Shown here one piece after another: positions 11,498-24,095 of a DNA stretch of 33,745 nt. The notes beneath the pieces were generated by a model. It did not search any database and had not been told where the DNA came from. It was given only the letters and a program-made list of their open reading frames with translations. The DNA comes from Octopus bimaculoides (lineage: Eukaryota), in contig NC_068987.1 of the NCBI RefSeq assembly GCF_001194135.2, positions 52,674,765 to 52,708,509 on the forward strand, read 5' to 3'. A program made the translations under genes and the position numbers. Within the stretch, counting starts at the first letter, position 1. Every line of letters begins with the position of its first letter.

Positions 11498-12109
11498 NNN
11501 NNNNNNNNNNNNNNNNNNNNNNNNNNNNNNNNNNNNNNNNNNNNNNNNNNNNNNNNNNNNNNNNNNNNNNNNNNNNNNNNNNNNNNNNNNNNNNNNNNNN
11601 NNNNNNNNNNNNNNNNNNNNNNNNNNNNNNNNNNNNNNNNNNNNNNNNNNNNNNNNNNNNNNNNNNNNNNNNNNNNNNNNNNNNNNNNNNNNNNNNNNNN
11701 NNNNNNNNNNNNNNNNNNNNNNNNNNNNNNNNNNNNNNNNNNNNNNNNNNNNNNNNNNNNNNNNNNNNNNNNNNNNNNNNNNNNNNNNNNNNNNNNNNNN
11801 NNNNNNNNNNNNNNNNNNNNNNNNNNNNNNNNNNNNNNNNNNNNNNNNNNNNNNNNNNNNNNNNNNNNNNNNNNNNNNNNNNNNNNNNNNNNNNNNNNNN
11901 NNNNNNNNNNNNNNNNNNNNNNNNNNNNNNNNNNNNNNNNNNNNNNNNNNNNNNNNNNNNNNNNNNNNNNNNNNNNNNNNNNNNNNNNNNNNNNNNNNNN
12001 NNNNNNNNNNNNNNNNNNNNNNNNNNNNNNNNNNNNNNNNNNNNNNNNNNNNNNNNNNNNNNNNNNNNNNNNNNNNNNNNNNNNNNNNNNNNNNNNNNNN
12101 NNNNNNNNN
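11498..12109. other. Assembly gap (N run) flanked by (AT)n; other gaps at 9462-9471, 16914-17035, 20635-20741, 22813-22961
   Basis: N runs. Most gaps abut dinucleotide repeats, as expected in a short-read assembly. Gap content is unknown and could hide exons. Confidence 0.99.
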
Positions 12110-12176
<67 letters not shown>

Positions 12177-13770
12177 ATGTGTGTGTGTATACACATATCA
12201 CGTAAATACCGTTATTATCAACAACACTTTCATTGAATTTTAATGTTACCAGTAACATTGAACTTATGTTTAGTCAAATTGATAACAGAAGTTATTTTGG
12301 AAACACAACGTATTACATTTCAACTTTGATAAAATTTCCTTTAATAATTGCTCACCATGGCATAATTAAATATATAACTCGAAGCAAATCTAAATTACTA
12401 ATGTTTTATATGAGATTACAATTTCTAAATTGATTATTTAATATTACTGAAACATAATATCTGCTGAGAGAGCGACTGTTTTTCACTGAGAAATAATCGA
12501 TATTTGTCATCATCCACTTATTTTAGATTAATTTATAATAAAATAAAATGTTAAGCTTTTTCGTTCGTGTTTACTGAAATATTTGAAAAATGCTATATTT
12601 ATTTAAATCGTAAGCATTAACAACAATGGTCAACCTAGTCAGCAAAGTCTAATGTAAAATATAGTGGAATCTTTCTACTTTAGCTATTTACTTTTCTTTC
12701 ATAAGTTAACAATAAGTACTAAAAATGAAGAGGTTTTATGTTTAAATCTTTTTCTCAATATGTTGGGAATCGTATAAATGAAAACTAAATAGTGTTAATA
12801 GTGTTATCGTTCTTTTTAACACTATGATAGCGGTTGGATTAGTAAATACTTAAGTAAACAGACTATCATGCATAATTTTACTAAAGCTTCAGTGAAATGT
12901 ATCACTAAAGTGGCACTTGATGATCTTTTATGGTCTATGACCTAATCTCTAGTTTAGAATACAACGACAAAATCAATCATTGGAGTAACTATTTTTGATG
13001 TCAAAATTCCTATCAAATGGCCTAGTATTCAAATCTTGAATTACACTTAGTTATCTAGAGGCTGATGCACAGTGGCTACTACACATAATTAAAACGACAT
13101 TATTTAATTAGTACCTCCGCAGCTGCGAGCTGCGATGAATGAAATCGCTTGATTTGGCAGCGATAACAATCAAACCTTTCTCGAATTGTATTATACCGTT
13201 TTAAACTCGAACAGGCATAATATATAACGGTGTTGGAAGCAGTAAAAAATATATCATATATCTGTTTCACCCGGGTTTATCTAGTGCGGATTTCATGAAA
13301 ACATATCTTTCACTTTACCAGTAATATTTCAGAGTATCAAATACCAAACAAAAAAAAAAAAGAATAAAACCAAACTGAACAAATATGTAATCGCATTTTA
13401 CATGTTAAAGAACAAAAATGCAACCCTATCAAATATTATCACCAGACGTAGACAAGAGAGTTAAGAATGCACGCCAACACAAACACGCTTTAGATTATTT
13501 CAAGTCACTATGTAACAAAATTACAGGTCTATGAGCAAAAATTTAGAGCCAGAGAGTTTTATATGAGTTTCAATTTCTTTATTTCAAGGACGTTCGATGG
13601 GTGTTTGTTTGCGGTAGTTGACTTAGCTAGAAATATAAGTCACAAAAATGTCATGTTTAACACAACAATCTTTTAATGCAACAATATGCATTAAACAGAA
13701 GACATAAATTAAAATAAAATATCTGGGCATTCGGTGGGGTCAGCGTTTTGTTTCAGCACACTTAAAACGT

Positions 13771-13829
13771 CCTAGTATAAGTCACTTCTTGTGATGTCAC
13801 TAGTATAAATCCTAGTATAAGTCACTTCT
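13771..13829. repeat. 19-bp perfect direct repeat with 21-bp spacer
   Basis: CCTAGTATAAGTCACTTCT at 13771-13789 and 13811-13829; the spacer contains a third CTAGTATAA. Confidence 0.95.
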
Positions 13830-13974
13830 CCTGCTTAAATAAATAGCTAGTTGGTCTCATATGACAGGACACACATGGATACCAAGCAGACATGCCACAC
13901 ACCGGCAGGTTATTTACCTGTCTCGGTAATAAGGATAAGAATTCTCTCTCTCTCCCACATTCTTCTCTCTCTCT

Positions 13975-13975
<1 letters not shown>

Positions 13976-14023
<48 letters not shown>

Positions 14024-14074
14024 CATCTATACGTATTTTTTGTTTGTTTTTTGTTCTCTTGATTGTGTTTGGTT

Positions 14075-14108
<34 letters not shown>
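13976..14108. repeat. (TATC)n and (TA)n microsatellites
   Basis: (TATC)n ~13976-14030; (TA)n ~14077-14108. Confidence 0.95.
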
Positions 14109-14110
<2 letters not shown>

Positions 14111-14137
14111 TCCGTTTTTCCATTCTTCGAACTTTCT

Positions 14138-14170
14138 GTCTTTCCGACGAAGGGCTCCGCCCGAAAGTCA
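14138..14170 (+). ncRNA. Degenerate minimal hammerhead-ribozyme-like motif inside a short TA-flanked element (~14110-14290)
   Basis: CCGACGA (core variant, U4C) - A - GGGC tcc GCCC (helix II) - GAAA - GTC. Helix I partner and helix III palindrome are damaged. Confidence 0.5.
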
Positions 14171-15331
14171 TGCTCTCTCTCCTTCCTTTCCCGAGCATCC
14201 AATAACACTATCCGTATCACGTCCTCACTTCGTTGTTTTTTTGTTATTGTTTTTTGTGTTTTTTGGAAACTATATATATATACTGTTCATTAAAGCGGAA
14301 GATATCTTCACAAGCTGTTGCTCAGAGTTTTATGTGACTATTCGTCGGACAGTTGCGATGATAATGAAGGAAAAGTTGTGTGGATACATATAATATTACA
14401 TAATAAAACATAATATAATGTAACAGAATATAATATAACACAATGTAATTATTGCTGTTCAACTAATATGCAATTGAATTTGATTGGATGACTAATTTCT
14501 AAATAGTAACATCGTGGTTTGGCTGCCAGAGTAGGTAAAACTTAAATGGTGGAATGAACAATAATTAATGATTAAATCGAAAAAGAAAAAAATAATGGGC
14601 AAAAGCGATTAAAAATGAACAGAATATAACCAGAAATAAGAATTGAAAATAATTAAAAGGAATAATAGGATTGTGAAATTAGGTATTTAGAAGTTGAAAT
14701 TACAATAAGAGATTATAATAAAAGCTATAGATGAGAAATCAAATAAACAAGTAATATACACTGGCACAAATAATAGAAAAATATATATATACCAATATTA
14801 GAAGTCAGAATCAAAAGGTGGAGAAAGGGAAGGAGGTAGAAGAAATGAAGCAACTAAAGGGTTAGAAAAAGGAACTGAATACCAGGAGAAGAAAGAAAAA
14901 ATACTATAGGATAGTACAAGAGTGGAAGAAAGAGGTTATTTTAACGCTACAGGTTCGAATCTTTAGCACCGAAAATATATTGAAATATTAATGACGGTAG
15001 GTTTAGAAGCTGCGGGGAAGTTCAACCATTCAGAGACAAACAAAGACCGTTAACTTTGCTTAAACATCTATTTGCAATAGGATGTCATAACTTTTGTCGT
15101 GATATATGTTGCTCTGGATCTTTCTCTGGTTAGTGTGTTGGGATTTGGTAGCATAGATCAGTCATTCAGATATCTAACTTTTTCTATCTAGTTGTCTTTC
15201 GTATATTCTTTCTTTCTCTTCTTCATTATTTCTTCTTTCTGCACAATTTTTATTTGTGTGTGTGAACGTAAATGTCGAACAATGAGAATGATTGCTTAAA
15301 ACCACATTGAGGGATAAAGTTTACGAACCGC

Positions 15332-15663
15332 TGTCCTCTTAATAATAGCAGTCTGGAAGAAGAACTTGTATACAAGACCAAATTAATGGACCCCAACGGA
15401 ACAACAAGGACATACAACGCAATGACGGGCAACTCGTTCAAGGAAAGATACACTATCCAATATAACATGAACATTGAAAGAAGGAAACGTAAGCTACCCT
15501 CAGATAACATGGATCATTAATGCTAAAGCCGAAAAATGCAGTGCGTGGGGTACCAAATATGAGGATTGTATTACTGAAAATAATTCAATCAAAATATAAC
15601 AATTTAAATATTAGAGATGGATCCTTCCCTCACTGCATGCACAAGCAATATTTTACATTTTGA
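15332..15663 (+). pseudogene. Decayed GIY-YIG endonuclease C-terminus of a Penelope-like element
   Basis: Manual translation: CPLNNSSLEEELVYKTKLMDPNGTTRTYNAMTGNSFKERYT..(frameshift)..WIINAKAEKCSAWGTKYEDCITE..(frameshift)..NLNIRDGSFPHCMHKQYFTF*. Matches the PLE pattern CPL..CL...VYKA....YIG.T...FK.R..W.I..KA..C.LC..EK..LN.R.E....C.H. Confidence 0.75.
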
Positions 15664-16878
15664 CATTTCAAAGAAGAACCACCACCCATTCTGACTATCC
15701 ACATATAGGAGACACATGCCCGTGATACAAAAACATACGAATATTACACACATACACAGGATATGACATATAATGAAACTCATCATTCAGCACAGTTTTT
15801 TTCCAAAGGTCAAACCCAATGAAAATAATCACCAAAAAGTTGTTACCCAAGATTCGCACCTCTTGATTTTTTGCTTTTGTTTACCAAATTTTCTCGCAAG
15901 GCTTTATCGTGAATACCCGTGATTCTTCGTGTTTTAGTCCAAAATGGATGCGAACACCAATATATCTGCCTTGAAAATTTGTTATATAAGCAAATTGATG
16001 TTTTTGTTAACATGAAACCAATGATAAACACTCAATGCGCAAATAAATCGTATGAGTGTGTGTATGCGCGCGCGCACGTTTCCATGTGCAAATTGAGTAA
16101 TATTTTTCTGGTTAGTATAATTCTGAAGAGGAAATGGTATGTATTACTGAGAATCTTCCTGTTATATGCCTTTATACTCTATACGACTTAAATTCAAACA
16201 AACGTATAGCACGTGCAAAACTATCAATGTCAGCAACAACGATGAGGACAGTGACAGCGATGACGACTGTCATGTTGATGACAAATCTGACGACGTTTGA
16301 GCAACAACGAAACCGATAACAGTTCTTCAGGAACCAATTGAGCTGTGAATACTGTAATTATGACACAAGTCTCACACTATTCTGATAATAATCTGCTGCG
16401 TAAAGTATTTAGAATATTTTGTCCGTTTGTCGAACCCAGATTATCGGTTTAACGATATATTTGATATATAAGAACTTCATCGCGATGATGCAGCAGGTGC
16501 AGCATCAATTAAATTTCAACGATAGTTTGAACTCATATATTTATAACAAGTAGCATCTGTGAAAATTGGAAACCTTGTTATGGTAAATGATATCGACTAA
16601 TGAGAAACATTTCCTTATTTGATGGCCGGGACTAAATCTCAACAGTGTCAAGTATTCCGCATATCAATTAATTTGTAGTTTTTGTCGACATCAGTAGTGA
16701 TGGCGATATCATACTTCTGAATATAAACCATACGCAATTTTGACCAATTTTTGTTCTTGCACATTTCCATACAAACAATATATCATTAGATTGCCTTACG
16801 GAAATCAGAATTCATAATCTTAACTAGTCCAGATGTCTCTGGTATAAAGCAGACATCCAACGTGTGCGAGTTGAAAAC

Positions 16879-16913
<35 letters not shown>

Positions 16914-17153
16914 NNNNNNNNNNNNNNNNNNNNNNNNNNNNNNNNNNNNNNNNNNNNNNNNNNNNNNNNNNNNNNNNNNNNNNNNNNNNNNNNNNNNNNN
17001 NNNNNNNNNNNNNNNNNNNNNNNNNNNNNNNNNNNTATTATATTGCTTACACTAAATTGTTATTTAGATATTTAGAGGAAGTAAATTTACACTTTCAGTA
17101 ATAATTGAAAGATTAATATTTAATTTGGCTTGAAAATTTACTAATTATTATTA

Positions 17154-17572
17154 AACTGCAGCGTGTCTGTGTTGCTTTGAACGCTCGCTAACCCAGATTA
17201 GTCTATCGAAGACGCGCACTTCTACAGCATGAGAACGTTCCAGCACACATTGCCAATGTGAGGGACTTGAGGTGCTAAAAATGCTACCACATCAAGACCT
17301 TACCACATCAGGTTACTATATTTTTCGAGCTAGGGTTAATTTCTTGCCGGTGTAGATGTTCAACGATATGGATGAGATTGAGAACGGTGCAAGAACATTT
17401 TGCCTCCAAACAAGCCGAATGGTATGAGCGTTGACTGAATCTTCTGACACACAAATGGCAACAGAAAAATAGGAAACGATGGAATATATTTTGAAGAAAA
17501 AACGCCTTTTCTGAGTAATATGAACTTTTAATCAAAGAATTATGAAAGAAGTCTTTCACTTAGTCTGATACA
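17154..17572 (+). mobile_element. Mariner/Tc1 transposon remnant (3' third of DDD transposase plus probable right end)
   Basis: Translation: LQRVCVALNAR*PRLVYRRRALLQHENVPAH..DLTTSGYYIFR..FNDMDEIENGARTF.ASKQAEWYER*LNLLTHKWQQ.IGNDGIYFEE. Matches mariner HDNARPH / PSDYHLF / RW..I.NDG.YF. Stops and a deletion are present. Confidence 0.85.
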
Positions 17573-18593
17573 TATGAATGTATGCGGAATAGACGAAAAA
17601 AGCATCTATTACATTATGGTAGGTACTACACAATCCAGCTACATAGCTAGAACAAACCATATATCATAAGATATATCTATATATGAATCCCAATAAGTTA
17701 AAAGAAGAATAATATTTTAGGGTTAAGATATACCTTGCTCTTATCCATTATTTAATTTCAGAAGCAGGCCAATAATCTAATCTTAGAAAAAAATATATTA
17801 ATACATCGACAAGATAAATACAACTATGATTCCCTGTCACAGTCGAAATATCTAAATATTGTTCGACTGCGTAAAGCTCAAATTCGGCCGAAATTCCTCT
17901 TAATGTATGAATTCTAATCGTAAAAACAGTCAGTTTTCCTGTGCATTTTCAGACATGTCTTCATCTCTTATTACAGATTTCTATCTATTCTTTTCGTGCA
18001 CTGCTGTTCTGAGAGTCTAGTCCGACCCCCGAGTTCTTGGTGTAGTCTCTCATTGATTATCCGCGATCAACATAGTTGTTTTAAAACCAGTGTATGAATT
18101 GGAATGTCCTAATACCGTCCGACCATTTACATTGTCTCTCGCATTTGATACAGATGAATCATTCTCGCTGGAGGCTTCAATTTCTATCGGAAATTCTGTG
18201 TTCATAAGATCATGTAATGTTTAGAATGTTCACAATTTTTATATCTCTGTATTCTGTGCATATGGAAACAATGATTGCATGTCATTTAATTTCTTGCTAG
18301 CATTTTATTGCCAAAGGGAATCTGACAGAAATAAAACTCATTTAACTGGTTTAAAGCGAGTAATATACCGATGATTAAGTGTCCCCAAATACTCTTCCCA
18401 TCGGGAACACATTGATACTGAGTGGCAATAAATTTTCTATATGCAGCTGATTTGACACGATTTCAAATAATGGAATTATACACTTTTGGAACAAGGATAT
18501 AGTTTTATAAAATACTCTTGTACTAAACCAAACATAAATTATTATGCGTTCATTATCAAATTACTGAAATAACATGTATGTACAAATACATAT

Positions 18594-18615
18594 ATATGTA
18601 CACACGCACGCACGA

Positions 18616-18662
<47 letters not shown>

Positions 18663-18690
18663 TGTGTGTGTGTATGTGTGTGGGTGTGCT

Positions 18691-18721
<31 letters not shown>

Positions 18722-18740
18722 TTCTGTATGTGTATATCTA
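18594..18740. repeat. (TA)/(TG) microsatellite
   Basis: Read directly. Confidence 0.95.
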
Positions 18741-19624
18741 TAATATATCAGTGAAATATAATTTGGACAATCATGTAGAAGCTCCAGCTACTAGCTAGTA
18801 TCGGAATGTGAATGATTTTTTCACTTGAAATCATATATTGCATTTTTTTTCCTCAGCTGGGTTTATGCTTATCCTGAAGAGCCAATAACTTCATATATAT
18901 CTATATATATCCGAATTTGCATCATTGTACATAGAAGAATATATTAATCAGATTTTTACGCTTTGTTATTTAAGACTTTTGCAATGTTACAATTTTACAC
19001 TATTGGAATAAAAAAAAATTAATTCATGAGATACGCAATCATGTGGTTTATGTTGTGACAGTGGTATCTCAGTTGACAACTGTAGTGAAATTGTTGTATT
19101 TATCCATTAAATACTGACCAATGGTCTTCAGTAGGCTGAAGCATGTGTGAGAAGAAAACACCTATGCTGAAGTACTGACAAATCTACAGTTACATTTCCC
19201 AGATTACAATTTACGAGCAATACCTACAATTATTGGGATGCTATGATATATATAACATATTGACTAAGTACCAATTTTGAAAATTAGACTCCTCAAAACA
19301 AGAAAAAACAGAAAGTAGGAAGCTGATTTAAAGACTACACTGGAACTGTAAAACCTTGTAAAACTTTCCAGAGGTTTATAATTTAAATATATATACACAT
19401 ATCTAGACATGCAACTATATACATGAAAATACATACATAAAGCAAAATATACAAATTTGTACGTACCCAGGCTCCGAAATGTGCCACACATACATACAAG
19501 CAAAGATACTCTGTTGATGTTGTTGATGTTCCAATGAAGGAGGCTTAGATCTAGGTTAGAAACCGGCTCTTTCTCTTTTCGCAAGAAATCTTCAAATAAA
19601 ACTGAATAATCACTACATACACGC

Positions 19625-19689
19625 ATGCAATCATGCATGCATGCATACATACATACATACATGCATACATACATACATGCATGTGTACG

Positions 19690-19755
<66 letters not shown>
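19625..19755. repeat. (CATG/CATA)n then (AT)n microsatellite
   Basis: Read directly. Confidence 0.95.
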
Positions 19756-19760
<5 letters not shown>

Positions 19761-20621
19761 TTTGTTTTTTATGTTTTAGTTTTTATGCTTTCGTTTCTCA
19801 TTGTGTTTAACGTTTTTTTATGTCCTGTACCCATATGTGCATATGTGTATACATATAGATGTAGGTATGTACATATATGTATGGATATATGCATATATAG
19901 ATATATTATGTATATTATTATATGATCGAACGCCACACATCCTTTTCCAAGTAAGTTTTATCTTAATAATTAGTTTGCGCACTCTTCTAATATCTCATCT
20001 CTGTCTATGTCTCTCCCTCTCTTGTTCTTCATCCTTTCTGTTTTTCCCTCTCTCTCTTCTTCCTTGACTCTCTCGTCGCTGACACGTGATGAAAGGGGAT
20101 CTATCTTTCTGTCTACTGCCTCCCTAAAGAAAAGACGTGCTTTTTTCTGTCTCATCTCTCAAGGCTCGTCTGCCAAGCGTTCATAATAATTTTTCTATTG
20201 TCTTGCTTGGCTCAACAGCCCTCACCGTTTGTTTGTACTGTCTTCTCACTGTCCTGTTCTTGTTAACATTTTCACCCTCTGCAAAAATCCCAAATTTTAT
20301 TTAATTTGCTTTGCGGGAAGGACTGTTTCAACGAAATCGCGTATTGTCCTTGCTTTCGAAACGCGGAGTAGATGAAACAGGGACAAACGACGAAGGCGTA
20401 TACTCTTTATCTTGCATGTCTCGTTTCTCTGTTTGTTTTTTTCGTTGTTCGAAAACTGGTCGTTTTCTATATTTTCGTTTTTATGTTTTCATTTCTCATT
20501 GTGTTTAACGTTTTTGATGTCCTGTGCCCATATGTGCATGTATGTATACATATAGATGTAAGTATGTATATATATGTATGGATATATGGATATATTTATA
20601 TATTATTTATATTATTATATG
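19754..20621. repeat. Direct duplication of ~170 bp (19754-19924 and 20452-20621)
   Basis: Both copies contain TTTCTCATTGTGTTTAACGTTTTT..ATGTCCTGT(A/G)CCCATATGTGCAT..TACATATAGATGTA(G/A)GTATGTA. Roughly 85-90% identical by hand alignment. Confidence 0.9.
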
Positions 20622-21769
20622 TGCATATATATATNNNNNNNNNNNNNNNNNNNNNNNNNNNNNNNNNNNNNNNNNNNNNNNNNNNNNNNNNNNNNNNNNN
20701 NNNNNNNNNNNNNNNNNNNNNNNNNNNNNNNNNNNNNNNNNTATATATATATATATCAGGATTCACTTTTCGTAATGAGATAAAAAAAAAAGCCAAGGCT
20801 GTGTACATTATACAGCATTTATAAATATTTATAAATGCTCTATAATGTACACAACCTTGTTTTTTTTTATCACAGTACGAAAAGTAAATCCTTTTATTCA
20901 CACGCTGATATATGACCTACGTTGGACCCCTTATTCGCATAATCACCGAACCTGGAGCTTCACCATGATTTATCCACAGCACTTACTCAGCATTACCTGA
21001 AACCGCTGGGTCAAATTGACACCACTATCACTCACAACCTATGTATATATATATGTGAATGTACGTATGTATGTGGATATAAATTACAGATGAAATGCAG
21101 ATCTAGTAACGTGTAGGTTATCGGTCGCACATACATAGTGTTTTGGATATACGCCCTTTTTCTTGCGTGGTAGAGTCCGGGAAAAATCTCCCTGCACATT
21201 ACTTTGTGTTGAAGAACATGAAATGCCTTAGACCAGACAACACACTTCTGAATTACTGAAAATAGTATATATCTATATAGCGCCATTATTGTGGTTTATC
21301 TATATCATGTACTCGGATCATTACGAAAGCAAACGTATTGGGATTTATATACGAAGAGACCAAAACCTATTTCCTGACGAGCTGCGGCGTAACTATGTGG
21401 AAGAAAATTGAATTACGAATTGAAAGCACATCTAGTAATGAAAAAAGTGTCAATCGCAGTCGCACATAGTGTATGTGGTTTGTTTATGCGCTCAATTTGC
21501 TGATTTGTATGTGCTACGGATAATGTTTATCTTATCTGTCGCGTATATATTTATACTTAGTATTTCATAGAGATACGGATCTAAGGAAAAGCAAAACTGT
21601 GGTGGATTTTTTTTTTTTTTGCTTTTCATTTTGGCTGATCAAATATGATGTATCTGATTAAGTTCTCAGGATTCTCTTTTTAATTCAGTGAATGCCATTA
21701 TTGGGACATCAGGAAATCTCCAGAGAAGCAATTAACAGGATCGATCAGGTTGAACGGACTGTAAAACTG

Positions 21770-21818
<49 letters not shown>

Positions 21819-22499
21819 AAAACGAAAGACAAGGTAGAACATGCTAAAATAATTTTATCATGAAATAAGATTTGTACCAGTTTCAGTCTTTTCAACTTTT
21901 TCAACTCAGCGTAAAGCAAGAAAAAACAATTAAATCAACAAAAATTCAAATGAAATATTTGGCAAATATTTCCATTGTCTTCAAATAGGTAGGGCATTTT
22001 CCTTTATTCTGTCTGTCTGTATGTCTGTCTGTCTCTCTTTTCCATTGTAAATGTTCTGTAGATATTATCAGCTCTGGAAAAATAGTGTTCATGAGTGCAA
22101 AGAAGTGTTGGTTCTGAAGTTTGGTGGTTTAAGCAGCAGCAGCAGTAGCCGGGGAAGGAGACGGTGAGGGACAAAAAGAAGTAGAAGAGGGACTATTCAG
22201 GGACAATGCAACCAATGATCAATGCATTAGCAAAGGATCATGTTTTCTCGTAAAATATATACCGTTTTAAATTCTTCCACAACAGATAACGCCATTAGAA
22301 GTATCTTAGAATAATACGCAAATATCAAAAACGATAGATATATTAAGAACAGTCATGAATTTACTTAGAAGAGTTCCTACCACTACTGCTACAACCACAA
22401 CACGTCACTTTTAGGTCACTTGACCATGAATGAAGATCCCACGAGCAACCTCTACTACTGTGTCATACCACTCCTATCATATTCTTTTCTTTCTTCTTC

Positions 22500-22501
22500 G
22501 T

Positions 22502-22538
<37 letters not shown>

Positions 22539-22569
22539 CACTACTACATATAATAATAATAATAATAAC

Positions 22570-22654
<85 letters not shown>

Positions 22655-22670
22655 CTTCTTCTCCTTCTTC
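22500..22670. repeat. Compound trinucleotide repeat (ACT)n(AAT)n(CTT)n
   Basis: Read directly. Confidence 0.97.
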
Positions 22671-22799
22671 TTTTTCAATGTCTCCTTCGTCGTCTGCTGC
22701 TGCTTAAACCACCAAACTTCAGAACCAACATTTTTTACTTTTTTTTTTGCACCCATAAAAACTATTTCTTCAGAAGATCTGCTACTATCTACATTCAGA

Positions 22800-22961
22800 A
22801 AGAAAAAGAGAGNNNNNNNNNNNNNNNNNNNNNNNNNNNNNNNNNNNNNNNNNNNNNNNNNNNNNNNNNNNNNNNNNNNNNNNNNNNNNNNNNNNNNNNN
22901 NNNNNNNNNNNNNNNNNNNNNNNNNNNNNNNNNNNNNNNNNNNNNNNNNNNNNNNNNNNNN

Positions 22962-23000
<39 letters not shown>
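22800..23000. repeat. (GA)n microsatellite spanning a gap
   Basis: GA repeat on both sides of the N run. Confidence 0.9.
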
Positions 23001-23005
<5 letters not shown>

Positions 23006-23967
23006 AAGACGGAGAATATCCTACCTATTTGAAGACTATGAACATATTTGCAAAGCAATATTCATGCTATATTCATGAATATCAAAATAGATTTCTTAAA
23101 GTTCATTTAGGGGGACAGTCCATATCAAGGGATGATGATTGCTCTCAATTAGGTTATAAGAGTAGATACATACACACATATATATACACAAATATACGTA
23201 CATACATACATACATGCATACATATATTTACGTGCGTATGTGCGTGTGTATATATTTATATATACATGTATATATGTTTATCTTATCTTATAATTTATAC
23301 ATGTCACAGTACAAACACTATAAAACACAACAATAAAACGCAGTGAAATATTTCCTTCTTGTGTTTTAACGCTAGCAAAATCACATATTTACGCTCACTT
23401 AAACCTGGCATTTGATACACACACATTGCTGCATGCATGTATATGTGTGTATGCGCGTATCTGCGTAAGTTTTTATTATATATGTATATATGTGAGTGTA
23501 AGCGTGTGCGCACGTTATTATATATTAATGTGAGTCCTTATTTGTGAGAGTGTGAGAATTTGTACTTGCACGTGTGTGCATTCATATTTCACAATTCATG
23601 AGATATTTATGAAGATTGTTTTAATGCTAACAAATTAATACACGTCGTTCTTTTTGCCTAGTATTCTGCAATGTACTATCAAATGTAGCATTTAAATAAG
23701 ATCGTATATATGTTGCTATAAATGAAACTACGGTACCATTTGAAATTAAACTGTTTTCATCCTGTTATTTTATTGCATTATATGTTACTTGATTAATTGG
23801 TTATAATGGTTGACTTCTATTACACCATAATTTATACCCCTATATCAATGGAGGGAAAGTGTTTATTTTATACTCTGGCATTTTATTGCCTCTAGGATTT
23901 CCCTATGCACTATCGTGTCAGTAATTTTTAGAAATATACAGAACACATATTTGAAGTTACAAATTTG

Positions 23968-23968
23968 C

Positions 23969-24017
<49 letters not shown>

Positions 24018-24020
24018 ACG

Positions 24021-24078
<58 letters not shown>

Positions 24079-24095
24079 ATACTAATACTACTACA
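23968..24095. repeat. Compound trinucleotide repeat (GCT)n(ACT)n
   Basis: Read directly. Confidence 0.97.

Noticed and set aside
11203-12258. Long ORFs of 250-346 aa in the ORF track, and all YIYI/CVCV/HTHT/poly-S/poly-I ORFs elsewhere
   Set aside because: They are translations of microsatellites and N gaps.
13250-13325. Possible upstream GABA-B exon (ISY.. / HPGLSS)
   Set aside because: Both frames hit stops and lack FFR.VP and W.RV.
13851-14393. 180-aa + strand ORF
   Set aside because: Runs through TATC and TA microsatellites and a non-coding repeat.
16275-16315. CTGACGA...GAAAC resembling a hammerhead
   Set aside because: No helix I or III pairing; lies in a decayed GAT/GAC repeat.
18050-18300. 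Minus-strand peptides faintly like a CUE domain (KKLNDMQSLFP..)
   Set aside because: Broken by stops, and the nearby acceptor does not give an open frame.
20330-20400. CAACGAA...TTCGAAACG possible ribozyme remnant
   Set aside because: The core does not match CUGANGA and the helices cannot be built.
21373-21400. CTGACGA-GCTGCGGC-GTAAC hammerhead-like string
   Set aside because: GTAA instead of GAAA, a 2-bp helix II and no helix I.
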